A stretch of 64,000 nucleotides of DNA, taken from positions 910,590 through 974,589 of the forward strand of contig OZ271840.1 of assembly GCA_965601735.1 (NCBI GenBank). The letters run 5' to 3'. The notes under the pieces were generated by a model. The model had not been told where the DNA came from. It searched no databases and worked only from the letters and a program-made list of their open reading frames with translations. The stretch is from Alphaproteobacteria bacterium (GTDB taxonomy: Bacteria; Pseudomonadota; Alphaproteobacteria; JBBDQX01). A program made the translations under genes and the position numbers. Below are positions 37,909-47,843 of the stretch, piece by piece; the first letter of the stretch is position 1; each line of letters begins with the position of its first letter.

Positions 37909-39873
37909 TCAGGCCGTACCGTCCTTGCGATTGTCCTGGTCGCCGTTCTCGTCGACCTCTTCGAAGTCGGCGTCGACGACTGTCTCGTCACCGCCGTTCG
38001 TGCTCGGTTCGGTGCCCATGTCGGCATCAGGCGCCGCATCGGCGCCGGTCGCCTCGGCCTCCTGTTGGGCCTTGTAGATGGCCTCGCCGAGCTTCATTGC
38101 CGCCTCGCTCAACGCCTGCGCGGCGGCATTGATCTCTTCGGCGCTCGCGGTTTCCGACGCCAGGGTGTCACGCAGCGACTGGGCTGCCCCCTCCACCGCT
38201 TCGCGGTCGGCGGCGTCCACCTTATCGCCATGCTCCTCAAGGTTCTTCTCCGTTGCGTGCAGAAGAGCTTCGCCTTGGTTGCGTGCCTCGACCGACTCGC
38301 GGCGCTGCTTGTCTTCTTCGGCATGCGATTCGGCATCCTTGACCATCTGGTCGATCTCGTCGTCGGACAGCCCACCCGACGCCTGGATGCGGATCTGCTG
38401 TTCCTTCGAGGTCGCCTTGTCCTTCGCGGACACGTTGACGATGCCGTTAGCATCAATGTCGAAAGTGACCTCAATCTGGGGCACGCCGCGTGGTGCGCCC
38501 GGAATCCCCACCAGATCGAACTGACCCAGCAGCTTGTTGTCGGCTGCCATCTCGCGCTCACCCTGAAAGACACGGATGGTTACTGCGCTTTGGTTGTCCT
38601 CGGCGGTAGAGAAGACCTGGCCCTTGCGGGTCGGGATCGTGGTGTTGCGGTCGATCAGCCGAGTAAACACGCCGCCCAGGGTCTCGATGCCCAGACTCAG
38701 AGGGGTCACGTCCAGCAGCAGCACGTCCTTTACGTCACCCTGTAGGACGCCGCCCTGGATCGCGGCACCTGAAGCCACGACCTCATCGGGGTTTACACCC
38801 TTGTGGGGCTCACGCCCAAAAAACTCCTGCACCTGCTGCTGGATCTTCGGCATGCGAGTCATGCCGCCGACAAGGATGACCTCGTCAATCTCACCCGCCG
38901 AAATGCCGGCATCCTTTAGCGCGGCCTTGCACGGCTCCATGGTGCGCGCAATGAGGTCGTCGACCAGGGACTCCAACTTGGCGCGGGTCAGTTTGAGGTT
39001 GAGATGCTTCGGGCCCGACTGATCCGCGGTGATGAAAGGAAGGTTGACGTCGGTCTGCTGAGAGCTGGACAGCTCGATCTTGGCCTTCTCAGCGGCTTCC
39101 TTCAGCCGTTGCAACGCGAGCTTATCCTCGCGCAGATCAATGCCACTTTCCTTCTTGAACTCGTCCGCGAGGTAATCGATCACTCGAGCGTCGAAATCCT
39201 CACCGCCGAGGAAGGTGTCCCCGTTGGTGGACTTCACCTCGAACACACCGTCACCGATCTCGAGCACCGAAACGTCGAAGGTACCGCCGCCGAGGTCATA
39301 GACCGCGATACTGCCAGCCTTCTTTTTGTCGAGGCCGTAGGCAAGGGCTGCCGCAGTCGGCTCGTTGATGATACGCAGCACTTCCAGGCCGGCAATCTTG
39401 CCCGCGTCCTTGGTCGCCTGACGCTGGGAATCATTAAAATAGGCCGGCACGGTTATAACCGCCTGCTCCACCTTCTCGCCCAGGAAGTCCTCAGCGGTCT
39501 CCTTCATCTTTTGGAGGATGAAAGCGCTGATCTGGCTTGGGCTGTAGTTCTCCTTGCCAGCCTTGACCCAGGCATCGCCGTTGTCCGCCTTGACCACCTC
39601 AAAGGGGACACTCGCGGCCATCTTCTTCGCGGTATCGTCCTCGAAGCGACGGCCGATCAGCCGCTTGATGGCGAACAGGGTGTTCGCCGGGTTGGTCACC
39701 GCCTGGCGCTTGGCAGACTGGCCGACCAGCCGCTCGTCATCCTCGGTGAAAGCGACCATCGAGGGGGTCGTGCGGTTGCCCTCGGCGTTCTCAACCACGC
39801 GGGGGTCGGAACCCTCCATGATCGCAATACAGGAGTTGGTGGTACCGAGATCGATGCCGATCACTTTGCTCAT
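37909..39873 (-). CDS. dnaK: Molecular chaperone DnaK (Hsp70)
   Basis: [17 protein letters not shown].., ..[13 protein letters not shown].., ..[13 protein letters not shown]... Start at ATG 39873, not the track start 39918. Confidence 0.98.
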   Translation of the reverse strand: MSKVIGIDLGTTNSCIAIMEGSDPRVVENAEGNRTTPSMVAFTEDDERLVGQSAKRQAVTNPANTLFAIKRLIGRRFEDDTAKKMAASVPFEVVKADNGDAWVKAGKENYSPSQISAFILQKMKETAEDFLGEKVEQAVITVPAYFNDSQRQATKDAGKIAGLEVLRIINEPTAAALAYGLDKKKAGSIAVYDLGGGTFDVSVLEIGDGVFEVKSTNGDTFLGGEDFDARVIDYLADEFKKESGIDLREDKLALQRLKEAAEKAKIELSSSQQTDVNLPFITADQSGPKHLNLKLTRAKLESLVDDLIARTMEPCKAALKDAGISAGEIDEVILVGGMTRMPKIQQQVQEFFGREPHKGVNPDEVVASGAAIQGGVLQGDVKDVLLLDVTPLSLGIETLGGVFTRLIDRNTTIPTRKGQVFSTAEDNQSAVTIRVFQGEREMAADNKLLGQFDLVGIPGAPRGVPQIEVTFDIDANGIVNVSAKDKATSKEQQIRIQASGGLSDDEIDQMVKDAESHAEEDKQRRESVEARNQGEALLHATEKNLEEHGDKVDAADREAVEGAAQSLRDTLASETASAEEINAAAQALSEAAMKLGEAIYKAQQEAEATGADAAPDADMGTEPSTNGGDETVVDADFEEVDENGDQDNRKDGTA

Positions 39874-39982
39874 GTCGAACCTCATTCTTGCGGCGGGTCT
39901 GTCGCGGCCTTGATCCAAGCGCCGCGCGAAACCCCCAACGTTCGCAGGGTTATCGGGAAATACGCTTTGGCGAACATGGGGT

Positions 39983-40012
39983 TATATAGGAACCCCGGCC
40001 TCTCGCTGCAAT
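39983..40012 (-). promoter_or_regulatory. Candidate RpoH (sigma32)-type promoter upstream of dnaK
   Basis: Minus strand reads ATTG-N18-CCTATATAACCCCATGT. The -10 matches the alphaproteobacterial heat-shock consensus CYTATNT as I recall it (CTTG-N17/18-CYTATNT). Confidence 0.45.
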
Positions 40013-40034
40013 GCTTGTGGCGCCGGTAGCGGCC

Positions 40035-40754
40035 TCAGGCGTTGGTATCCAATTCTGGATCTCCGCGCCGCTCGGGACCGCCATACGGGTCGGCACTGTC
40101 AGTGCGGCGGTCTTCTTCTTGCTGGCCGTCAGCCGCCGCGCGCGCGGGCCCGCCCTTGGAGACACCAACCATAGCCGGGCGCAGGAGCCGATCATGCAAC
40201 ATGTAACCCGGTGCCATTTCCTGCAGCACCGTGCCGGCGGGCTGGCTCGGGTCTTCAATCTCGAACATCGCCTCGTGAACCTTGTGATCGAAGGGCTTGC
40301 CCAGCGCCTCAACACGAGCCACGCCATGCTTCTCGAATGCTTGCAGAAGCTGTCGCTCGGTCGCTTCGACGCCGTCCAGCAGGCTGGCAAGGCGAGTGTC
40401 GGACTCCCGCGCGTCCGCATCAATGCTGTCAATCGCGCGGCGCAGATTGTCTGCCACGGCGAGACAATCCTTGATCGGATCGGCAGCGGCATAGCGCATC
40501 ATGTCCTGACGTTCACGCGCGGCGCGCCGACGCAGATTCTCGGTTTCGGCCATGGCCCGAAGATAGGCGTCCTTTGTTTCCACCAGCTCGCCTTCCAGGG
40601 TCTCAAGCTGTGTGCGGAGCGACAGTGCCTCATCCGGCGCCGCGGGGGCTTCAACCTCCGCTTCCGTCGCGGGCGCGATGGCTTCCTCCGGTATGGCGTC
40701 TTGAGGCGGCAGATCCTGGTCTCGGCCAGGACCGTTCTCGGGGTCGTTCATCAT
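40035..40754 (-). CDS. grpE: Nucleotide exchange factor GrpE
   Basis: ..LRAMAETENLRRRAARE.. coiled-coil and C-terminal ..FDHKVHEAM....P.QPAGTVLQEMAPGYMLHDRLLRPAMV... Confidence 0.95.
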   Translation of the reverse strand: MMNDPENGPGRDQDLPPQDAIPEEAIAPATEAEVEAPAAPDEALSLRTQLETLEGELVETKDAYLRAMAETENLRRRAARERQDMMRYAAADPIKDCLAVADNLRRAIDSIDADARESDTRLASLLDGVEATERQLLQAFEKHGVARVEALGKPFDHKVHEAMFEIEDPSQPAGTVLQEMAPGYMLHDRLLRPAMVGVSKGGPARAAADGQQEEDRRTDSADPYGGPERRGDPELDTNA

Positions 40755-40762
40755 GATCCGTA

Positions 40763-41842
40763 TCAGTCGTTTGAGTTTGCGATGCGCAGCGAGGGAGCCT
40801 CCCCGCGCCCGAGCAACCGGCCCACAACCTTCGCCGTATAGTCGACCATGGGAATGATACGACCGTAGTTGATCCGCGTCGGGCCGATTACACCGATGGC
40901 GCCGACGATGTTGTCGTCTGCGCCGCGAAAAGGTGAGACCACGACCGAACAGCCGGCGAGATCAAACAGTTGGCTCTCCGCGCCAATGAAGATCTGCACC
41001 CCATCCGCTGTGCTGGACAGCTCCAACAGCCGGACCATGGTCTCTTTCGTATCAAGGGTCTCAAAAAGACGCCGAATGCGCTCTAGGTCTTCCACTGCGG
41101 TGACGTCTTCGAGCAAGCGCGACTGCCCACGAATGATCAGCTTTCCGGTGTCTTGGTTACCGGCCCAGGTGGCAAGTCCCGCCTCGACAACCCGCGTCGA
41201 TATCTCATCAAGCTGCGCGCGCGACAGAGCCAGCTCCTCGCGGATACCCGCGAGCGCCTCGTCCAGAGTCCGGCCGACGAGCCGGGCATTCAGGTAGTTG
41301 GTCGCCTCCCGCAGGGCTGACGCCGGCACACCTTCCGGCAGTTCAATGACACGATTCTCGACGACCCCGTCTTGCGTCACCAGCACGACCAAGGCTCGGC
41401 GCGCACTGAGATACACGAACTCAAGGTGCTTGAGCGGCGCATCCGTCTTTGGCGCCAACACTAGGCCGGCGCAGCTCGACAGGCCCGCTAGCATCCCGCT
41501 CGCTTCATCATAAACCTGATCGATGCTGCGCCCGGTGACGGCGCACTGGCTATCGATGCTGCGCCGCTCCTCGTCGCTGAGCGCACCGCCGCGCTCCAGC
41601 AGACCATCGACAAACAGCTTTAAGCCCTTATCGGTTGGCAATCGTCCGGCAGATACATGGGGAGCATAGAGCAAGCCTAGGTCCTCAAGATCTGCCATTA
41701 CATTCCGGATCGTCGCAGGCGACAGGCTTGCACCCATGCGGCGGGCGAGCGTTCGTGAGCCAACAGGCTCGCCCGTCTCCACATATGCGTCGACGATGAG
41801 CCGGAAAATCTCGCGCGACCGTTCGTTGAGGTCCTGGATCAT
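40763..41842 (-). CDS. hrcA: Heat-inducible transcription repressor HrcA
   Basis: ..[29 protein letters not shown].. N-terminus and ..[22 protein letters not shown].. C-terminus. 8 nt upstream of grpE. Confidence 0.95.
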   Translation of the reverse strand: MIQDLNERSREIFRLIVDAYVETGEPVGSRTLARRMGASLSPATIRNVMADLEDLGLLYAPHVSAGRLPTDKGLKLFVDGLLERGGALSDEERRSIDSQCAVTGRSIDQVYDEASGMLAGLSSCAGLVLAPKTDAPLKHLEFVYLSARRALVVLVTQDGVVENRVIELPEGVPASALREATNYLNARLVGRTLDEALAGIREELALSRAQLDEISTRVVEAGLATWAGNQDTGKLIIRGQSRLLEDVTAVEDLERIRRLFETLDTKETMVRLLELSSTADGVQIFIGAESQLFDLAGCSVVVSPFRGADDNIVGAIGVIGPTRINYGRIIPMVDYTAKVVGRLLGRGEAPSLRIANSND

Positions 41843-41991
41843 GGCGGACGGCTTGTCGGTCTCATGTTACAGCACAGCTTGCGAATCTAGTGTGCCGAGT
41901 GGCGCGGTTCAACGGACCGGGCTTCGCTGGACGCCGCGGCGGCCCAAGGCTAGGTTTGCCGCCCGCAAATCATCAAGACCGGAATGCCGCC

Positions 41992-42738
41992 ATGACCGCT
42001 GCTGGCAATACCGACACCGGGCGCCCATCGGGGCGCGCACCCAACGCGCTGCGCACCGTCTCCCTGGAGCCTGGTTTCGCTAAATACGCTGAAGGATCAT
42101 GCCTGACCCGCTTCGGCGATACCCATGTGCTGTGTACGGCCAGCGTTGAAGACCGGGTGCCACCCTGGCTTCGCAATACCGGGCGCGGTTGGGTCACCGC
42201 TGAATATGGCATGCTGCCGCGCTCTACATCGGAACGAATGGACCGGGAAGCGGCGCGCGGCAAGCAGAGCGGACGCACGGTTGAGATCCAGCGCTTGATT
42301 GGGCGAAGCCTGCGCGCGGTGACAGACCTCTCTGCGCTAGGAGAACTGCAGGTCAGAGTTGATTGCGATGTACTACAGGCGGATGGCGGCACACGGACTG
42401 CAGCGATCACAGGCGGTTACGTCGCCCTGCATGAGGCCTTCGCCAAAATGGTCAAGATCGGTGCGGTAGAGAAGCTGCCCTTCACCGATCAGGTGGCCGC
42501 GGTGTCATGCGGTATCTACGAGGGCGTCCCGGTGCTCGACCTTGATTACGCAGAGGACAGCACTGCACAGGCCGACGCCAACTTCGTGCTGACTGGCAGA
42601 GGCGACATTGTTGAGGTTCAGGGTACGGCTGAAGACAAACCCTTCCCCCGTGCCGAGTTCGACCGCCTCTTGGATTTGGCGGCGGAGGGTGTTCAAACCT
42701 TGAGCACCCTGCAGCGCCAAGCGCTTGGGCTAGAGTAG
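41992..42738 (+). CDS. rph: Ribonuclease PH
   Basis: ..[40 protein letters not shown].., ..[15 protein letters not shown]... Start at ATG 41992. Confidence 0.96.
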   Translation: MTAAGNTDTGRPSGRAPNALRTVSLEPGFAKYAEGSCLTRFGDTHVLCTASVEDRVPPWLRNTGRGWVTAEYGMLPRSTSERMDREAARGKQSGRTVEIQRLIGRSLRAVTDLSALGELQVRVDCDVLQADGGTRTAAITGGYVALHEAFAKMVKIGAVEKLPFTDQVAAVSCGIYEGVPVLDLDYAEDSTAQADANFVLTGRGDIVEVQGTAEDKPFPRAEFDRLLDLAAEGVQTLSTLQRQALGLE

Positions 42739-42741
42739 CCC

Positions 42742-43338
42742 ATGGCGCGGCGCTTCGACGGCGGTCGGCTCGTTATTGCCAGCCACAATCCGGGCAAAGT
42801 GTCGGAAATCGCCGACCTCCTGGCACCCTACGGAGCCGACGTGGTTTCTGCAGGCGACCTTGGCCTGCCTGAGCCTGAGGAGACCGGCACGACGTTTATT
42901 GCCAACGCCGAACTCAAAGCCGAGGCGGCGGCACGCGCCGCCGGCCTGCCGGCGCTGGCCGACGATTCCGGCCTGGCGGTCACCGCGCTGGGCGGCGCGC
43001 CAGGTATATTGTCGGCGCGCTGGGCGGGGCCCAATCGCGATTTTCACGCGGCGATGGAGCTGATTGAGCAGCAGATTGTGGGGCTGCCAGATCGCAGTGC
43101 GCATTTCGCGTGCGCACTTTGCCTTTGTTGGCCCGATAGCCATCGCGAGACCGTTGAAGGGAGGGTCGATGGCGTCTTGGTCTGGCCCCCGCGGGGAGAT
43201 CAGGGTTTCGGATACGACCCGATGTTCCAACCTGCCGACGAGCCTGAGACCTTCGGCGAGATGGATCCGGCTCGCAAACACGCAATGAGCCACCGCGCCG
43301 ACGCCTTCGCGAAACTGGTTGCTGCCTGCTTCGGTTAG
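42742..43338 (+). CDS. rdgB: Non-canonical purine NTP pyrophosphatase (RdgB/HAM1)
   Basis: ..[14 protein letters not shown].., ..[14 protein letters not shown].., ..[21 protein letters not shown].., ..GFGYDPMF.... Confidence 0.94.
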   Translation: MARRFDGGRLVIASHNPGKVSEIADLLAPYGADVVSAGDLGLPEPEETGTTFIANAELKAEAAARAAGLPALADDSGLAVTALGGAPGILSARWAGPNRDFHAAMELIEQQIVGLPDRSAHFACALCLCWPDSHRETVEGRVDGVLVWPPRGDQGFGYDPMFQPADEPETFGEMDPARKHAMSHRADAFAKLVAACFG

Positions 43339-43341
43339 ACG

Positions 43342-44529
43342 ATGGCTGCGCCCCGTTCCCGGCCCCTCGGCATCTATGTCCATTGGCCGTTTTGCGAGCA
43401 CAAATGCCCCTACTGTGATTTTAACAGCCATGTTCGCGCGCAAGTCGATGAAAGCCGCTACAGGGAAGCTTTGCTGCGCGACCTGACGTGGGGTGCCGAC
43501 CTGCTCTGCGGCGAGGCACGCACGGTAGCCAGCGTCTTTTTCGGTGGTGGCACGCCGTCTCTAATGGGGCCGGCGACGGTTGAGGCTGTCCTCGACCTGA
43601 TCGCGGCGCGTTGGCCGATCGCGCCAGATGTCGAGATCACGCTGGAAGCCAATCCGTCTTCAGCCGAAGCAGGCCGATTCACGGGCTATCGGACGGCTGG
43701 AGTTAACCGGGTCTCGCTCGGTATCCAGTCCTTAGAGCCCGAGGCCCTGCGATTCTTGGGACGACTGCACAATGTCGCCGAGGCAATAGCAGCGCTGGAA
43801 GCAGCGCGCTCAGTCATGCCGCGTGTGTCCTTTGACCTAATTTACGCGCGCCCCGGTCAGGCCGAGAGTGCGTGGCGCGATGAGCTCGCGCGTGCCCTTG
43901 GCCTGGAAACGGAGCATCTTTCGCTTTATCAGTTGACCATTGAGCGAGGCACCGCATTTCACCGCTTACATCGCCGCGGTGACTTGGTAGTCCCCGATGA
44001 TGATTTGGCGGTCGGTCTGTACGAGGCAACGCAGGAGTTGTGCGAAGCCGCCGGCCTGCCAGCCTATGAGATCTCAAACCATGCGCGGCAAGGCGCCCAA
44101 TGCCGGCATAACCGCGATGCTTGGCGGGGCGAGGACTATCTTGGCGTCGGCCCGGGTGCACATGGCCGGGTAACCCTGGATGGCACTGCAACTGCCCTTT
44201 ATCAGACCCGGCTGCCGGAGGCTTGGCTCCGCCAGGTGGAGGTCTTAGGCCATGGCAACGCTGAAAGCACGGCGCTCGACAGCAACGGCCGGATCGAGGA
44301 ATTGCTTTTGTGCGGCATGCGGCTAAGGGAAGGCGTCGATGCAGGGCGGTTCGGCGCGCTATCGGGCACAGCGCTGTGGGACGCGATCGAAGGCCAGCGC
44401 CTCGCACGGTTGCAGGAGGGCGGCTTTATCGTCGCTGACGACTCGGGCATCCGCGCAACGGCCGCTGGGCGGCTGCGGCTGAATGCGGTGATCGCTTCAT
44501 TGATGGGAGCGCCAGCGAGCGTCAGTTGA
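43342..44529 (+). CDS. hemW: Radical SAM heme chaperone HemW (HemN-like, oxygen-independent coproporphyrinogen oxidase family)
   Basis: ..YVHWPFCEHKCPYCDFNSH.. radical-SAM motif. rph-rdgB-hemW gene order. Confidence 0.92.
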   Translation: MAAPRSRPLGIYVHWPFCEHKCPYCDFNSHVRAQVDESRYREALLRDLTWGADLLCGEARTVASVFFGGGTPSLMGPATVEAVLDLIAARWPIAPDVEITLEANPSSAEAGRFTGYRTAGVNRVSLGIQSLEPEALRFLGRLHNVAEAIAALEAARSVMPRVSFDLIYARPGQAESAWRDELARALGLETEHLSLYQLTIERGTAFHRLHRRGDLVVPDDDLAVGLYEATQELCEAAGLPAYEISNHARQGAQCRHNRDAWRGEDYLGVGPGAHGRVTLDGTATALYQTRLPEAWLRQVEVLGHGNAESTALDSNGRIEELLLCGMRLREGVDAGRFGALSGTALWDAIEGQRLARLQEGGFIVADDSGIRATAAGRLRLNAVIASLMGAPASVS

Positions 44530-45943
44530 TCAGCGCCTCGAAAGTCTCAGGTGGGGGCGCTATGACTTTGGGCCCTTCGCCCGTCATCTCCAGTACTGCG
44601 AGCCCGCGCTCCACGGTTCCATCGGGCCGAAAGCGGAAGATGCCGTCGATGCCCCAGAAGCCGTTCGGCGAAACAATCTCACTTGCATCGACCTTGCCGG
44701 CCTCGGCTGCGTTAGCGAGCACCCCCGCGAGGGCGGTAGCGTCATAGGCAAGCGTGGCGAGCGGTGCCGCGGCAATTCCGTAGGTTTGTTCGTAGCGGGC
44801 AAAGAACTCACGCCGCGGGATCGGATCAGGTGCCGCAAACCAGCCGCCAATCAGGGCCGGCTCGGAGGCCAGCGCAGGATCATCCCATTGCCCAGTGCCT
44901 AACAAACGCACTGCGGGCAGGCCGACATCATAGAATGGGAACAACGCGGCTACGGCGCGAAGGCGCTCTCCGCCGTCAGGAATAATCACCGCGTCGAACT
45001 GTACGTCGCCGATGGTGTCGAGGGACTCCAGCCTGGCAAGAGCGCGCCGAGAAACCTCGTCATTACGCTCCTCAAGTGCCTTGCGCTGAGCCTGCAAGGC
45101 CGCGCTGCGTGCATCATAGTTTGCCAGCTGCCGGACGATCTCGCTCACGGAGGCAGCATCGCGGGCGTACAGCTCGACCTGGGTCAGACCGCCTCCGGCG
45201 CGCTGCACACTGTCCCGATAGCTAGATACGACTCGGCGCCCATATTCGGTATCCGGAGCCATCGCTGCAAAACGCCGGAGACCTTGCCCAGCAGCGTAAT
45301 CGACCACCCTGCGCACCTGGTCACCAGGCAAGAACCCCATGATGTAGACACCCGGTCGTGCCACATTTCGGTCCGTCGAGAACGCCACGACGTCCACACC
45401 GGCGGCGAGCGCGCGCGGTGCCACCGCAGCTACCGAAGCAGAAAAGAACGGGCCGAGAATCAGATCGGCACCCTCGAACAGCACCGAATCGGCCGCCGCT
45501 ACAGCGCCCTCGACGGTGCCCAGCGTATCGCGGGGCAAAAGGAGCAGACGTTCGCTGTCCAGATCGAAGAGGGCGAGCTGGGCAGCATTCAGTAAGGCAC
45601 GGCCGATTGCTGCATCCGGTCCTGACATCGGCAGCAGCAAGCCGACGCGCACCTGTTCTTGATAGCCCGGGGGCGGTATCAACTGGAGCGGGTCCGGAGC
45701 GGCGGGATCGATTTCGGGCGCTGGTTCAGGCGCTGGCGCTGCAGACGGCTGTCCCACCTCCTGCGCGGCCACAGCCGCAGGCTGGGGTGCAGGCGCAGCA
45801 GTCGGTGCGGGCTCAGGCGGCGAGGCCGCGACCAACGGCCGATTGCCGAGGTCGGTCGTTTCGCAGCCAGCCAAGAGCGCTATGCTCAGGAAGAGCGGTA
45901 GCGTGCGCCGGAAGGCAAGATTGAGGAACAGCCGGTGGGACAC
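44522..45943 (-). CDS. LpoA/LppC-like lipoprotein (type-I periplasmic-binding-protein fold; putative penicillin-binding protein activator)
   Basis: Lipobox SIALLAGC, Pro/Ala-rich linker, then ..VRVGLLLPMSGPDAAIGRALLNAAQLAL.. PBP1-type domain. Start set to in-frame GTG 45943 (VSHRLFLNLAFRR..). The longer track ORF N-terminus looks non-coding. Confidence 0.7.
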   Translation of the reverse strand: MSHRLFLNLAFRRTLPLFLSIALLAGCETTDLGNRPLVAASPPEPAPTAAPAPQPAAVAAQEVGQPSAAPAPEPAPEIDPAAPDPLQLIPPPGYQEQVRVGLLLPMSGPDAAIGRALLNAAQLALFDLDSERLLLLPRDTLGTVEGAVAAADSVLFEGADLILGPFFSASVAAVAPRALAAGVDVVAFSTDRNVARPGVYIMGFLPGDQVRRVVDYAAGQGLRRFAAMAPDTEYGRRVVSSYRDSVQRAGGGLTQVELYARDAASVSEIVRQLANYDARSAALQAQRKALEERNDEVSRRALARLESLDTIGDVQFDAVIIPDGGERLRAVAALFPFYDVGLPAVRLLGTGQWDDPALASEPALIGGWFAAPDPIPRREFFARYEQTYGIAAAPLATLAYDATALAGVLANAAEAGKVDASEIVSPNGFWGIDGIFRFRPDGTVERGLAVLEMTGEGPKVIAPPPETFEALIN

Positions 45944-46030
45944 AAGGACAGTCGCCAGATACCGCGAGCCGGGGAAAAGGAGGCTAGCCGTAGCCTGGAC
46001 GGAAGTAAACCGGGCGACCTTGCGGGATTG

Positions 46031-46855
46031 ATGGTGGTCGCGACACCCATTGGCAACCTGGGGGATATGGGGGTGCGGGCGGAACGAGTGCTCCGATCGG
46101 CTGACTTGATCGCTTGTGAAGACACCCGGGTTACGGGTCGGCTGCTGTCGCATTTGAATATCGGTACCAAGAAGATCGCCTATCACGACCACAATGCGGA
46201 CCAGGTTCGGCCACGGATTATCGAACGCCTGAAAGCGGGCGAAACTGTGGTCCTGGTATCCGATGCAGGTACGCCACTGATCAGCGATCCTGGCCTCAAA
46301 CTCGTGCGTAGCGCAATCGATGCTGGGCTGCCGGTCTCAACCGTGCCGGGGCCCTCAGCACTGCTGGCGGCCTTGGTTCTTTCCGGCCTGCCCACCGACC
46401 GCTTCTTGTTTGCCGGTTTCCTGCCGTCGCGCAAAGCAGCGCGCCGACACGCGCTGGATGAATGTGCCGCTATTTCCGCCACCCTAGTGTTTTATGAAAG
46501 CGCGCGCCGCTTACCCGACGCGCTGGCAGACATGGCGGCAGTACTCGGCGATCGGCCCGCCGCCGTTGCGCGTGAGATGACCAAGCTACACGAAGAGGTC
46601 CGCCGTGACAGCCTTATGGGCTTGGCGGCGCATTATGCAGAGGTCGGGGCGCCCAAAGGCGAGGTCGTGGTCGTGACCGGCCCGCCGCTCGAACGCGAAG
46701 CTCCGACGGAGGCGGCCCTAAAGGCCCGCCTGTCAGCTATGCTCAACGCAGGTTCAGGCGTGCGGGATGCGGCAACGGTCCTTGCGCGGGAGACCGGCCT
46801 GCCGCGCCGTGACCTCTATCGCTTGGCATTGGACCTGTCGTCTGACAATGACTGA
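46031..46855 (+). CDS. rsmI: 16S rRNA (cytidine1402-2'-O)-methyltransferase
   Basis: ..VVATPIGNLGDM..RA..VL..ADLIACEDTR.. and ..VSDAGTPLISDPG... Start ambiguous: ATG 46031, GTG 45935, or an in-frame CTG 45995 lying 11 nt after a strong AAGGAGG (45977..45983). Confidence 0.9.
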   Translation: MVVATPIGNLGDMGVRAERVLRSADLIACEDTRVTGRLLSHLNIGTKKIAYHDHNADQVRPRIIERLKAGETVVLVSDAGTPLISDPGLKLVRSAIDAGLPVSTVPGPSALLAALVLSGLPTDRFLFAGFLPSRKAARRHALDECAAISATLVFYESARRLPDALADMAAVLGDRPAAVAREMTKLHEEVRRDSLMGLAAHYAEVGAPKGEVVVVTGPPLEREAPTEAALKARLSAMLNAGSGVRDAATVLARETGLPRRDLYRLALDLSSDND

Positions 46856-47204
46856 CCGACAGGGGGCAGAACGTTGGGGGCGGTTTGCCGAGGGGTTGGC
46901 CGTTTGGTCGCTCCGTCTGCGAGGCTACAGGGTACTCGATCGGCGCTTCCGCACGCCGGCGGGCGAGATCGATATCGTCGCCCGCCGTGGGGCGATCACG
47001 GCGTTCATTGAAGTCAAGGCGCGCCGTGATCTTGCAGCCGCGGCAGAGGCCGTATCGAACCGCCAGAAACGCCGGCTAATTGATGCTGCTGCGCACTGGC
47101 TGGCGCGAGATGCAATGACCCGGGATGTCCGCTTCGATGCGATTTTGGTCGTGCCATGGCGGGTGCCACGCCATATTCCCGACGCCTTCCGCGCCGATAG
47201 TTAG
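46848..47204 (+). CDS. yraN: YraN-family (UPF0102) endonuclease-like protein
   Basis: ..GRFAEGLAVWSLRLRGYRVLDRRFRTPAGEIDIVARRG..ITAFIEVKAR... Start ATG 46848 overlaps the rsmI stop. Confidence 0.88.
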   Translation: MTDRQGAERWGRFAEGLAVWSLRLRGYRVLDRRFRTPAGEIDIVARRGAITAFIEVKARRDLAAAAEAVSNRQKRRLIDAAAHWLARDAMTRDVRFDAILVVPWRVPRHIPDAFRADS

Positions 47205-47837
47205 ATGCCTAGAATACGAACCGGGATGCCCGTGATTCCATTGCAAGATCGCCTCGCCCCTTTGCTGGTTGCCTTCGTTGCCCTGTGGCTAAGCGGGTGC
47301 ACCGCCGTTGGCGTGGCCGCAGGTGCGGGCGCTACAGCCAGCACTGCGGCCATGCAGGAGCGCGGAATCTCCGGTGCCGCGCATGACGCAGCCGTTTATG
47401 CGCGCGTGAATGGTCTGCTGATTGACGATGACCTCTCGCTCTACAGCAAGATCGGGATTGATGTGGTCGAAGGCCGGGTCTTGTTGACCGGTGTGGTGCC
47501 TGACGCGGATGCCCGGATTCGCGCGGTCCGGCTCGCATGGCAAGCAGAGGGCGTGCGCGAAATCATCAACGAGATCGTTATAGACCGAGCTGACAGCGCA
47601 AGAGGAGCCAAAGACGCTTGGATCACTGCGCAGTTGGCGGGGCGGTTGCTGTTTGATCAGGAGATTTCGTCGATCAACTACAGCGTCGATACCGTCCGTG
47701 GGGTCGTCTATCTGATGGGCGTGGCGCAAGACCAGATAGAGCTCGATAGGGTGGTCCGCCATGCACGGGACGTACGTTTCGTAAACCGTGTCGTCAATTA
47801 TGTGCGGCTGCGAAGCGACCCGCGGCGGACACGGTGA
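47205..47837 (+). CDS. Dual BON-domain lipoprotein (DolP/YraP/OsmY-like)
   Basis: Lipobox LWLSGC followed by two BON-like repeats (..IGIDVVEGRVLLTGVVPDADAR.. and ..YSVDTVRGVVYLMGVAQDQIE..). Starts on the nucleotide after the yraN stop. Confidence 0.78.
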   Translation: MPRIRTGMPVIPLQDRLAPLLVAFVALWLSGCTAVGVAAGAGATASTAAMQERGISGAAHDAAVYARVNGLLIDDDLSLYSKIGIDVVEGRVLLTGVVPDADARIRAVRLAWQAEGVREIINEIVIDRADSARGAKDAWITAQLAGRLLFDQEISSINYSVDTVRGVVYLMGVAQDQIELDRVVRHARDVRFVNRVVNYVRLRSDPRRTR

Positions 47838-47843
47838 CGCTCT

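Noticed and set aside
39004-40029. 341-aa ORF on the plus strand antisense to dnaK
   Set aside because: Long antisense ORFs opposite hsp70/dnaK are a known by-product of codon bias in GC-rich genes, and have historically been mis-annotated as NAD-specific glutamate dehydrogenase. The sense-strand DnaK call is unambiguous, and nothing in the sequence supports independent expression.
41843-41991. Search for a CIRCE operator or RpoH promoter upstream of hrcA
   Set aside because: No TTAGCACTC-N9-GAGTGCTAA-like inverted repeat is present. No TTG-N17/18-CYTATNT match better than about 4/7 in the -10 was found, so no regulatory call is made here.
45944-46192. Upstream extension of the lpoA-like ORF (track start 46192) running into rsmI
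   Set aside because: The extension overlaps the rsmI coding region and has no signal-peptide logic. In-frame GTG 45943 yields a normal lipoprotein signal peptide ending in the lipobox LLAGC.
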